Assembly (NCBI GenBank): GCA_963422395.1
Contig: OY729431.1
Coordinates: 1,696,001-1,760,000, forward strand
Source: Vicinamibacteria bacterium
Lineage (GTDB): Bacteria > Acidobacteriota > Vicinamibacteria > Marinacidobacterales > Marinacidobacteraceae
DNA: 64,000 nt
Reading direction: 5' to 3'
Shown here: piece by piece, positions 10,598 to 19,609 of the stretch
Layout: every line of letters starts with the position of its first letter
Numbering within the stretch: position 1 is the stretch's first letter
Notes under the pieces: generated by a model
The model's input: the letters and a program-made list of their open reading frames with translations, nothing else
What the model was told of the DNA's origin: nothing
The model's database searches: none
Made by a program: the position numbers and the translations under genes

Positions 10598-10784
10598 AGC
10601 CTGTGGATAAAGTAGCGCGAGCCCCAAGAGCGGTGAGGCGCGCGGCGGACAAGGCGCGATTCGGGAGGCATACCGGGTGTATTCCGACGGAATCGCAACG
10701 CCGAGCGAAGCGGCCAGTTCTCCGGGTGGGGGCTCCGCCGTGATGCATCGCCGGCCTTTGGCCGTGTGACTTTGTCCACAGGCT
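10598..10784. mobile_element. MITE-like element with 16-bp terminal inverted repeats
   Basis: AGCCTGTGGATAAAGT...ACTTTGTCCACAGGCT (one mismatch); non-coding; homologous to 43769-43892 in the opposite orientation. Confidence 0.75.
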
Positions 10785-10859
10785 GCTCGGATCGGTCCCG
10801 TTCTCCCGGGCTGCTGGCGCGCGGCTGGCACAATGGGCCGGCGACCCGAAGGAGCCTGC

Positions 10860-12146
10860 ATGCCCGAAGACGCTGATTCGACGACGAAGCGGCGGCGCTT
10901 CCTGCGCTATCTGGCGGGGAGCCCTCTCCTGTTCGCCTCGAGCTGCTGGGAACGGCGCGAAGGCGGCGAGTACGAGTCCGCGGGCGCCGCTCCCGAGAAC
11001 GCCGAGCGCTTCGGCTACAACCGCTTCCCCAGAGCGCTGATCGACGCCCCCGAGGATGCGGCAGACATCTTCGACTTCCGGGCGGTCGCCGAAAGGAGCC
11101 TGCCGCCCGCCCACTACGGCTATATCGCCACCGGAGTGGATGGCGAAGGCACCCTCGCGAGGAACCGCACCGCCTTCGAAGAAGTGGGGATCCGAGCCCG
11201 GCGCCTCGTGGATGTTTCGGATCCGGACATGTCGGTCGAGCTCTTCGGCCGGCCCTGGACTTCCCCGATCGGCATCGCTCCCTGCGGCAGCCAGGGCGCC
11301 TTCCACGCGGAAGGCGAAATCGCGGTCGCCCGGGCGGCGCGAACCGTGGACCACCTACAGCTCCTTTCGACGGTTACGACTTCGTCGGTCGAGGATGTGA
11401 ACGAAGCGCGGGGAGAACCGGTCTGGTACCAGCTCTACCCGACGACCTCTTTCGAGGTCACGAAGCAGCTCGTGGCACGCGCCGAAGCCGCCGGCTGTCC
11501 CGCCGTGGTGCTGACCGTGGATCTCCCGGTGGGAAGCAACCGGATCACCCAGGCGCTTTCTCGCCGCCTCGACCAGCGGGAGTGCGCGATCTGCCACCTC
11601 CCCGGCTTCTCCAACTATGTCTCGCGCAAGCCGATGTTCGACGAGATCGAGGTGGTGGACGCCGTAGGGCGCAGCCGGTTCGCCGGGCTCAACCAGCCGG
11701 CGCTGACCTGGGAGGTGGTGAAACGCCTCCGCGACTCCACCTCGATGCGCATCCTGCTCAAAGGAATCGTCACCGCCGAAGACGCCGAACTGGGTCTCGA
11801 ACACGGCGTGGACGGCATCGTGGTTTCGAACCACGGCGGCCGCGCCGAGGAGAGCGGCCTCGGCACCCTCGACAGCCTCCCCGGAGTGGTCGAAGCGGTC
11901 CGGGGGCGGATTCCGGTCATCATGGACAGCGGTATCCGGCGGGGCGTGGACATCTTCAAGAGCCTCGCCCTCGGCGCCGACGCGATCCTGATCGGCCGCG
12001 CCTATCTCTGGGGGCTCGCCGCGTTCGGAGAGCCCGGTGTCGAAGCGGTACTCCGGATGTTGCGGGCCGAGCTCCGCCTCGCCATGCAGCTCGCGGGGAC
12101 ACCGAGTCTGGCCGATATCGGTCCGCACTCGGTGCTCCGCCGCTGA
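10860..12146 (+). CDS. FMN-dependent alpha-hydroxy-acid oxidase/dehydrogenase with Tat signal and a CxxCH insertion
   Basis: KRRRFL twin-Arg signal; WYQLY, LTVDLP, LKGI, VSNHGGR, DSGIRRGVD, IGRAYLWGL family motifs; CAICH at 11583-11597. Confidence 0.92.
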   Translation: MPEDADSTTKRRRFLRYLAGSPLLFASSCWERREGGEYESAGAAPENAERFGYNRFPRALIDAPEDAADIFDFRAVAERSLPPAHYGYIATGVDGEGTLARNRTAFEEVGIRARRLVDVSDPDMSVELFGRPWTSPIGIAPCGSQGAFHAEGEIAVARAARTVDHLQLLSTVTTSSVEDVNEARGEPVWYQLYPTTSFEVTKQLVARAEAAGCPAVVLTVDLPVGSNRITQALSRRLDQRECAICHLPGFSNYVSRKPMFDEIEVVDAVGRSRFAGLNQPALTWEVVKRLRDSTSMRILLKGIVTAEDAELGLEHGVDGIVVSNHGGRAEESGLGTLDSLPGVVEAVRGRIPVIMDSGIRRGVDIFKSLALGADAILIGRAYLWGLAAFGEPGVEAVLRMLRAELRLAMQLAGTPSLADIGPHSVLRR

Positions 12147-12328
12147 CCCGTTCGCGCCCAGCATCGAGAGAACCCGAAGCCGAGGTCTCCCTCCTTCGAT
12201 TCCCGGGCTGGCAGCCGGGCGGCGTCCTTTCGACCCGCCCGAACGCCTCCAGGCCGCGATGGCCTGACGACGCCTGGGAGCATCGCTGTTACGGGGGTTG
12301 TTTCCGAAGGCGCTGCGAAGGCAGCGCT

Positions 12329-14533
12329 TCAGGGGGCGTCGAGGTGTTCCCCGAAGAAGCGGCGGACTCTCCTCCAGGCGTCCCGCAGGACATGCCCCCG
12401 GTGGAAGTAGTGGAATTCGCCGGGGTAGGTCGCGAACTCGAAGTCCTTGCCGGCGCGGAGGAGCCGATCGGCGAGGTCGATGGACTCGTGGTAGGGGACA
12501 TTGACATCCGAAGTGCCGTGGAGCACGAGCAGCGGGCGTTCGATGCGATCCACCCGATCGACGGGGGCGCCGAGGTCGTACACCGCGGGGTTTTCCTCTG
12601 GGTCGCCCATGCGGCTCTCCACCCACGGCCCTCCCGGGTCGCGGAACCAGAGGCGGAAATCCCCGACCCCGGCGACATCCACCCCGGCAGCGAACAGCGT
12701 CGGATCGAGGGTGAGGGCCTGCAGGGTCATGAAGCCTCCATAGCTGAGACCCCACACTCCGATCCGTTCAGGATCCACATAGTCGAGTGTCTTCAGATAG
12801 TCCCCCGCAGCGGCGACATCCTGGTAGTCCCTCCCACCGACATCGCGGTAGGACTCCTGTCGGAAATCCCGGCCGTAACCGACGCTGCCCCGATAGTCCG
12901 GCATGAGGACCACATATCCCTCGGCGAGGAGCAACTGGTGGAACGAGTGGTACACCGCGTAGTCCCGACGGATGTGCCAGCCGTCGTAGTTCTGCGCGAT
13001 CCCGTCCCCATGCACCCAGACGACCGCCGGGTGGGTCCCGGATCGATCGAGATCCTCGGGCACGAACAGGTAGCCGGGAACCTGCCCCCCGTCGCGGGCC
13101 GGAAAGCGCAGAAACTCGCCCTCGGTGAAGGTCGCCGGGTCGAGGCTTTCCGGAAGCGAATCGGTGAGTCGTTCGGATTCTCCGGACCCGGCGGTGTCGG
13201 TCAGGAAGAGCTCCGCCGGAGCCCGAGGCCCGGCGTGCTGGAAGACGATCCGACTGCCGTCCGGAGAGAGCCCGCCGTGCTCGGAGGAAAGGTGGAAACC
13301 GTTCCGGGCTGCCGGTTGCACATTCGTCCCGCGCCCGCTGGTCAGACGCCTCGGAACCGCGCCGGGAAGATCCGCGGTATCCACTGCGAAGAGCTGTCGT
13401 TGGCCCGGATGATCCGGGTTGGCATCCCAAACCAGGACGCTCCCGTCCGGAGACCAGGCGTAACGGCGGGCTTCCTGCCCCTCGCCGGTCAGGGAATGCA
13501 CCGCCCCGTCGGCGGCCGAGACCACCAGGAGCTGGTCCCAGCCGGAGGAGTCGTCCAGGAACGCCACCCAGTTCCCATCGGGCGAGGGGCGCGGCTCGGC
13601 GCCGAGGTAGGTCAGACTCCACCATTTTTCGTCTTCGGCTCGATGGAGCGTGCGCAGCGAGCCGTCGCGGAGATCGGCGAGGACCACCGAACGGGTTCGA
13701 TAGTCGGGAGAGACCTGCTGGAAGACCAGCCGCGCGGCGTCGAGCCAGCGGGGGCTGGACTCGAACCCCGGCCCCGCAGCGATCCGCCGCGGCACGCCGC
13801 GGTTCACCACCGGCACCGTCATCAGATCGGGGGGAGTGTCCGGAAAGCGCCGGAACACGAGTTTGTCGCCGGAGATATCGTGGGTCTCGTCCACCGTCTT
13901 CCGCCTCGAAACGGTGTACGCGAGGAAGCGGCCGTCAGGAGACCAGACCGGAGCCGCTTCCGAGCGATCGGGGGTGCGGGTCAGGCGGATTTCGGCTTCT
14001 TCTTCGAGATCCCGGACATGGAGGTCGCCATCGCGGATGAAAGCGAGGTGGCGCGCGTCGTCCGAAGGCGAGAAGCCGGATTCCCCGCCGGGCTCCGCCG
14101 GAAACACCGTTTCGAGCGTCCCCGCGAGATCCGGGTTCATCCGGTAGAGCCGGCCCTGCCAGGTGAAGTGGAGAATCTCGCCGTCCGGTCCCCAGAAGAG
14201 GTCCGCGATCACTTCGTAGGAATCGCCAAAGCGGGTCAACTGCTTCGGCGGCTCTCCGGAACCGGGCTCGACGGAATAGAGATCCATCTGCTGGTTCCGG
14301 TCCCATACGAAGACGATCCGGCGCCCGTCCGGGCTCCATACCGGCGCCGTCGGGTGACGGATTCCCAGGATGTCTTCGAGATGCAGCGAGGGAGCGTCGT
14401 CGGCCGCGCCGCACCCTCCCGAGTGGCTGGCGGCGGCGAGAGCGGTGATCGCGGCGAGAGCAGTTGCCGGGCCGCCGCGCCGGAGAGCGTTCCTCCCCGA
14501 TCGGGGCCTTCGCTTTCGTAACTGTCTTCTCAT
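12329..14533 (-). CDS. S9 family (prolyl oligopeptidase/dipeptidyl-peptidase-like) peptidase
   Basis: WSPDG propeller repeats; DYRGSVGYG; nucleophile motif GLSYGG; HGTSDVNV and GEFH complete the catalytic triad. Exact start uncertain. Confidence 0.92.
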   Translation of the reverse strand: MRRQLRKRRPRSGRNALRRGGPATALAAITALAAASHSGGCGAADDAPSLHLEDILGIRHPTAPVWSPDGRRIVFVWDRNQQMDLYSVEPGSGEPPKQLTRFGDSYEVIADLFWGPDGEILHFTWQGRLYRMNPDLAGTLETVFPAEPGGESGFSPSDDARHLAFIRDGDLHVRDLEEEAEIRLTRTPDRSEAAPVWSPDGRFLAYTVSRRKTVDETHDISGDKLVFRRFPDTPPDLMTVPVVNRGVPRRIAAGPGFESSPRWLDAARLVFQQVSPDYRTRSVVLADLRDGSLRTLHRAEDEKWWSLTYLGAEPRPSPDGNWVAFLDDSSGWDQLLVVSAADGAVHSLTGEGQEARRYAWSPDGSVLVWDANPDHPGQRQLFAVDTADLPGAVPRRLTSGRGTNVQPAARNGFHLSSEHGGLSPDGSRIVFQHAGPRAPAELFLTDTAGSGESERLTDSLPESLDPATFTEGEFLRFPARDGGQVPGYLFVPEDLDRSGTHPAVVWVHGDGIAQNYDGWHIRRDYAVYHSFHQLLLAEGYVVLMPDYRGSVGYGRDFRQESYRDVGGRDYQDVAAAGDYLKTLDYVDPERIGVWGLSYGGFMTLQALTLDPTLFAAGVDVAGVGDFRLWFRDPGGPWVESRMGDPEENPAVYDLGAPVDRVDRIERPLLVLHGTSDVNVPYHESIDLADRLLRAGKDFEFATYPGEFHYFHRGHVLRDAWRRVRRFFGEHLDAP

Positions 14534-14550
14534 CAGGAGACCATCACTTG

Positions 14551-14853
14551 CCGACTCACGCCCGAAGGCGGGACAGCCGCGGGTATTGAAGCCCGGGATC
14601 CCGGCGCGCCCGATCGGGAGCACCGAAGTGGAGGGCGACGGTAGGACCGCCCACACCCTTCTGCGCAGGCGAATCCGCAGGCGAGAGTGTCCCGTTCTGG
14701 CTCCTTGAACGAAGGAAGGAAACGGATGGAGGTGAGTCCGGCGAAACCGAACTCCGGGAGCCGCGCACGGGACGGACGCACCCCGATCAGTTGCGGGAAA
14801 CCGAAGGGGCGCCGGTAGGGTAGCGCACTCTGGACGGCTGTCGAGGAAGTCGG
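14551..14853 (+). ncRNA. Candidate large structured non-coding RNA of unrecognised class
   Basis: Six nested perfect helices, local hairpins with GAAA-type loops and a possible pseudoknot in a non-coding gap (see findings). Confidence 0.55.
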
Positions 14854-14936
14854 AAACGAGCGGAAACGGACGAGGAAGACCGCGGGCGCGTTCGGGACCA
14901 GAATTGCGGAGAGACCCCGGTACCCGCGGAAGCCAG

Positions 14937-17060
14937 ATGCCCGAGCGACCTTCGAAGACGATCTCCGCCTACGAGACGAAGCGGGATTTCGCGCGCACGC
15001 CGGAGCCGCTTCCCGACGCCGCACCTCTCGCTCCCGAGGCGATGGTCGGAACCTCCGGCCGCCGCTTCGTGGTGCACCGGCACGAAGCGCGGCGCCTCCA
15101 CTACGACCTGCGCCTCGAAATGCACGGAGTGCTCCGATCGTGGGCGGTGCCGAAAGGGTTCTCCTGCGACCCGGAGGTCAAGAAGCTCGCGGTGCGGACC
15201 GAGGACCACCCGCTCTCCTATACCCGGTTCGAAGGAGTCATCCCCGAAGGCGAGTACGGGGGCGGAACCATGGTGGTCTGGGACGCCGGACGCTATGAGA
15301 TCACCGAAGGAGGAGAGGATCAGGGTGCGGCCGGCATCGAGGCCGGCAAGCTGGTGCTGCGGCTCTTCGGCCGCAAACTGCGCGGCGCCTGGCACCTCGT
15401 GCGCACGGGGCGCAGCGACGACGAATGGCTGCTCTTCAAGGGACGAGACCGATATGTGCGGCGCGAAGCGGACCGGCAGCCATTCTTCGATCTCGCCGGC
15501 GCGGCGCCGTGGTACGGAGAACCGCCGCCGCTCCCAGTGATCCCCGAAGGAGAGAGTGCACCGTTCAGCGGCAGCGGCTGGATTTTCGAGCCGGAATTGG
15601 AAGGGATTCCCGTTTTCCTCAGCCGGAACGGTGGAACGGCTCTGCTGCGCCGATCCGATGGCGGGACGCTGCTCGCGCTACCCGAAATCCTGTCCGCAGC
15701 CGAGTCTCTGCGCGCCGAGGAGTTCCTCGCCTGGGGCACTCTCGTCGGCGTGGGCGACGCCGAACGGCCCTCGAAGGCTCGGCTCGCAGCGCGGATCGCC
15801 GGAGACGCTTCCATCCACGCTGCGGTCTATCTCGCCGACCTGATCCGCTACGAGGAGTGGGACCTGCGCGCCGTTCCGCTCCTCGAGCGAAAGGAGTTGC
15901 TCTCGACGCTGGTGCCCGGGAGTCCGCACCTGCGGTTCGGCGACCATGTGGCAGTTCGGGGAGAAGAGTTCCACGCCGCCTGCGAAGCAGCGGGGCTGCC
16001 GGGCAGCCTCGCCCGACGGGCCGAGAGTCGGTATCCGACGACGGCGCCCGGCCCGCCGCCTGCAGGTCGCCGGGATTGTCTCCGTATTCCCGCGAATCCC
16101 ACGGGACGACCGGCGCCGGAAGACCACCTGCTCACCGGACTCGCCCGCCAGCGCGCCGCCCGGGACGCCGCCCGGCCGATTCGCTTCTCGAACCTCGACA
16201 AGGTGTTCTGGCCCGACCACGGACTCACCAAGGGGGACCTCGTCCGCTACTACGATCGGGTCGCCGGGCACCTGATCCCCTACCTCCACGAGCGCCCCGC
16301 CCACCTCCTCCGGTATCCCGACGGGATCGGCGGCAAGGCTTTCTACCAGAAAGACCTTCCCGAACATACGCCGGACTGGATCGAGACCGAAGCCATCCCG
16401 TCCGGCCCCCGCCGCGAGACGATTCGGTACCTGGTCGTCAACGACGCCGCGGCCCTGCTCTTCGCGGCCAATCTCGGCAGCATCGACATCCACCCCTGGC
16501 TGTCGCTCCGAACCCGCCGCGACCGGCCCGACTGGGCGGTTTTCGACCTCGATCCGGGCGGGGCCCCTTTCTCGGAAGTGATCCGGCTGGCACGGGCCTT
16601 CGGCAAGGTTCTGCGGGGGATCGGGCTCCGACCCTACCTGAAGACTTCCGGTGCCACCGGACTCCACATCTACGTGCCGATCGAACCCATCTACCCCTAC
16701 GAGATCGTCCGGCAGTTCGCGGAAGCGGTCTCCACCCACATCGCCGGAGAACACCGCGATATCGCGACCGTCGAGCGGACCACTTCCCGCCGGCGCGGGC
16801 GGGTCTATCTCGACTTCTTGCAAAACCGCAGGGGACAGACGGTGGTGCCGCCGTATGCGGCGCGGCCGGTCCCGGCGGCATCGGTTTCCGCACCGCTCGA
16901 TTGGGACGAACTCGACGGGGACCTCCGGCCGGAACAGTTCACGATCCGGAATCTGCCGGAACGGCTCGATCGGATCGGCGATCTCTTCGCGGGAACGCTC
17001 CACGACCGCCAGCCGCTCCTGCCTGCGATTCGGAAGTTCCAGGAACGGTACCTGCCCTGA
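14937..17060 (+). CDS. ligD: LigD-like NHEJ protein: 3'-phosphoesterase, degenerate ligase domain and primase-polymerase
   Basis: Phosphoesterase motifs VVHRHEARRLHYDLRLE, SWAVPKG, EDHPLSY; polymerase motifs NLDKVFWP, TKGDL, RYPDGI, FDLDP, KTSGATGLH, YLDFLQN; central ligase motifs altered. Confidence 0.88.
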   Translation: MPERPSKTISAYETKRDFARTPEPLPDAAPLAPEAMVGTSGRRFVVHRHEARRLHYDLRLEMHGVLRSWAVPKGFSCDPEVKKLAVRTEDHPLSYTRFEGVIPEGEYGGGTMVVWDAGRYEITEGGEDQGAAGIEAGKLVLRLFGRKLRGAWHLVRTGRSDDEWLLFKGRDRYVRREADRQPFFDLAGAAPWYGEPPPLPVIPEGESAPFSGSGWIFEPELEGIPVFLSRNGGTALLRRSDGGTLLALPEILSAAESLRAEEFLAWGTLVGVGDAERPSKARLAARIAGDASIHAAVYLADLIRYEEWDLRAVPLLERKELLSTLVPGSPHLRFGDHVAVRGEEFHAACEAAGLPGSLARRAESRYPTTAPGPPPAGRRDCLRIPANPTGRPAPEDHLLTGLARQRAARDAARPIRFSNLDKVFWPDHGLTKGDLVRYYDRVAGHLIPYLHERPAHLLRYPDGIGGKAFYQKDLPEHTPDWIETEAIPSGPRRETIRYLVVNDAAALLFAANLGSIDIHPWLSLRTRRDRPDWAVFDLDPGGAPFSEVIRLARAFGKVLRGIGLRPYLKTSGATGLHIYVPIEPIYPYEIVRQFAEAVSTHIAGEHRDIATVERTTSRRRGRVYLDFLQNRRGQTVVPPYAARPVPAASVSAPLDWDELDGDLRPEQFTIRNLPERLDRIGDLFAGTLHDRQPLLPAIRKFQERYLP

Positions 17061-17226
17061 TCGGCGTGAAACCTCGATCGTTCGCCCTCGGCGAACGCAC
17101 CTTCCCGATCAGGTCAGCGGTCTCGATTCGGTTGCCGAGAGAGGTGATCCAGTCTCGCCGATCCCCGATGTCGACTGTGGCGGATCACAGGCCGGACCGG
17201 GGACGCCGGAGCCACCGCGCTGCTGT

Positions 17227-19401
17227 TCAGCCGGGGGCGCCGAGTTCTGCCAACCGGACGCGGACACCCTGCTGGTTGGGGTTCATCTGCAAGGAACGCT
17301 CGAACAGCTCGCGCGCGCGGATCCCGTCTCCCTGCCGGTCGTGACAGTCCCCGAGCGCATTCAGCAGGGAAGGGTCGGGAGGGCGAAGCGTGAGGGCATG
17401 TTCCAGCCGCGGCAGCGCTTCCGCGCACTCCTGCCGGATGTAGTAGGCGAAGCCCACACCTTCGGCCACCTCGATTTCATTGGCGTAATCGGTCTCGATC
17501 GGCAGCAGCAGGTCGAGGGCCTCGTCGGCATGCCGCCCGAAGAGCAACGCGCTGGCCAGCTTCCAGCGAGCCATCGGCAGCTGCGGGTTGGCGGCGGCTT
17601 CCCGAAACGCCACGACTGCATCGGCGATGCGGCCATGCGCCATGAACTGCTCGCCGAGCGCCAGAGCCAGGAGACCCTGGGTGTGGCTGGCGAACGAACG
17701 ACGAATGATGAAGCCGGGACGCTCCACTGAGGCGCGCGGGGAAACCACGAACGAAGCCTCGCGGGAAGCGAGCACCACACCGGCCTCGTCCAGGAGCTCG
17801 GCCACCATCTGGTACCGGCCGGCGCCGATACCAGCCAATGCGAAATCCTCGATCGGAGGAGATTCCGGGCTTCCGACAGCCACGGTCCGCTCGGCGAGCG
17901 GCGCTGCCGGAGAAGGGCTCCCGGTGTCGGCGGTTGCCGCGTCGATCTCGGGAACGACACGCAGCCTCACCTGGTGGGCGGGACCGGTGTTCACCGATTG
18001 GGCGGCGACCCGCAGGGTGTCAGCCGCAGCGAACACGCCGCCGACCGAAGGATCGAGAACGATCGGTCCGAACTGGAAGGTTCCGAATTCCAGGGGATTC
18101 GAAAGGCCGCTCCCCTGCTCCAGCCGATAGGCGAGGATCAGGTCGGAGAGGGCCGGCGAACCGGCTCCGGTTCCGGGGACCTGCACCTCGGCGGTCGTGA
18201 CCGTGTACTGCTGGGTGGCACGATTCCTGACCACCACGCTCACTTCGTAATCCCCTGGAATCACCGGGAGGTTGTCGCGGTAGGCGAAGGGTCTGACGGA
18301 GGCTGCGCGATGCTCGGTCTCGGTGAGCAGGATCTGCGGGGAATTCTGCTGCACCGCCACGAGGCGACCGCCAGGCAGGGACCTCAGTTCCAGTTCCACA
18401 TCGAGGGTAGTCCGATAGATGTTCTCCCGGTCGTCGAACTCCAGCGAGAAGTCCTCCGGCGCCAACTCCACGGTGTAATGGAGGAAGGGCGTGTTCCGGG
18501 TACCCGCCAGAACCAGGAAGTCCGCCTCGCTGTTCACGAAACGGAACGAGTATTCCGCCGTGACCCGGTCCCCGTAGCGGAGATACCCCTCGATCTCCTC
18601 GAGATCCACCAGTTCGTGCGGAGACTCGAGGATGTCCACGAAGTTCTTGTCCACGCTCATCGAGGGGCGAACGGTGTCGAGTCGGGGGGCGATGGTGTTC
18701 GTCGCCCTCAGGAAGTCGGCATGGGGATCGGTGAGGTCCACCACCAGGCTCGCGCGGGCGATATCCATGGAGACGACTTCTAGGATGTCCACCGCGGCGT
18801 GCTGCCGGTTGCGCAGCAGTTCCCCCCGCCGCACCAGCGCATCCGGCCCGTCGGCCCACGGGTGGTAGAGCTCGTATTCCCCGACATCCTCCCGCTTGAA
18901 GAACATCAGGTTGAAGCGCGGCGGCAACCCGAGTTCCGTGTCGCCCTGGTAGATCCACAGATCGATGCTGACGACCTCGTTGCGTCCGTCGAACTGTTCG
19001 CGCTGGCGCGGCTCGCCCAGGATGATCCAGTGGCGCCCGCGGTCGGTCTGCCAGCCCGGGCGGGGTGCATCCCGGCCCAGGAAGCGGTTGGCGTAGTCGA
19101 AGCGTTCATAGTGCTCGATCCGGAACTCGTTCTCCTTGGTGGCGGGCGACGGGTCCCGCCGCTGCCAGAACGCTTCGATGAAATGTTCGCGTTCCTCGAA
19201 GCTTTCGAGCCCCAGGAACACCTCCCGTTCCGGTTCGGTGATGATGTACACCGCCTCTTCCTCGATCCAGATCCGGTGCTCCTCGGGGAGCCGGTCCAGC
19301 CGTTCGTCGGCGCCGGCGGTCCGAAACGAGAACAGACAGCCGGCGAGAACGAATGCGAAGCGTCGGGCGCGCCGAAACGGGAGCCTCCGGAAATCAGCCA
19401 T
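17227..19401 (-). CDS. GWxTD domain-containing protein with C-terminal TPRs
   Basis: AVYIITEPERE...FWQRRDP...ENEFRIEHYER...GWQTDRGR..IILGEP; C-terminal TPRs. Alternative start at 19422. Confidence 0.9.
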   Translation of the reverse strand: MADFRRLPFRRARRFAFVLAGCLFSFRTAGADERLDRLPEEHRIWIEEEAVYIITEPEREVFLGLESFEEREHFIEAFWQRRDPSPATKENEFRIEHYERFDYANRFLGRDAPRPGWQTDRGRHWIILGEPRQREQFDGRNEVVSIDLWIYQGDTELGLPPRFNLMFFKREDVGEYELYHPWADGPDALVRRGELLRNRQHAAVDILEVVSMDIARASLVVDLTDPHADFLRATNTIAPRLDTVRPSMSVDKNFVDILESPHELVDLEEIEGYLRYGDRVTAEYSFRFVNSEADFLVLAGTRNTPFLHYTVELAPEDFSLEFDDRENIYRTTLDVELELRSLPGGRLVAVQQNSPQILLTETEHRAASVRPFAYRDNLPVIPGDYEVSVVVRNRATQQYTVTTAEVQVPGTGAGSPALSDLILAYRLEQGSGLSNPLEFGTFQFGPIVLDPSVGGVFAAADTLRVAAQSVNTGPAHQVRLRVVPEIDAATADTGSPSPAAPLAERTVAVGSPESPPIEDFALAGIGAGRYQMVAELLDEAGVVLASREASFVVSPRASVERPGFIIRRSFASHTQGLLALALGEQFMAHGRIADAVVAFREAAANPQLPMARWKLASALLFGRHADEALDLLLPIETDYANEIEVAEGVGFAYYIRQECAEALPRLEHALTLRPPDPSLLNALGDCHDRQGDGIRARELFERSLQMNPNQQGVRVRLAELGAPG

Positions 19402-19609
19402 GGCGAAAGCAGCAGAAAGCATCCAGTTCCTTCCAGGAAGGGTCCCGGAACGAGAGACTACCCCGCCATCCAGCAGGCCCGCAACGGCGCCGCTGCTAGC
19501 AGCAACGCGCCTCCGGCCGCGAGGCTGTCGGCGGCGAGCCGGCGCCCTCCTCTGTCAGGTATCGGGGCCGCTCCGAGCGGTAGAATCGCGGCTTCCGGAG
19601 GACCTTCGC

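Noticed and set aside
14515-14545. Cobalamin riboswitch-like words (GTAACTGT, TCAGGAGACC)
   Set aside because: The other B12-element core motifs and spacing are missing, and the words overlap the peptidase start on the opposite strand.
14551-14853. Identification as RNase P, SRP, tmRNA, raiA-motif RNA or a group II intron
   Set aside because: No GAGGAAAGUCC, SRP helix-8 motif, tRNA-like ends or domain V. Short words reminiscent of raiA (GCAGGCGA, GGGTAGCG) do not form the arrangement I recall, so it is left unassigned.
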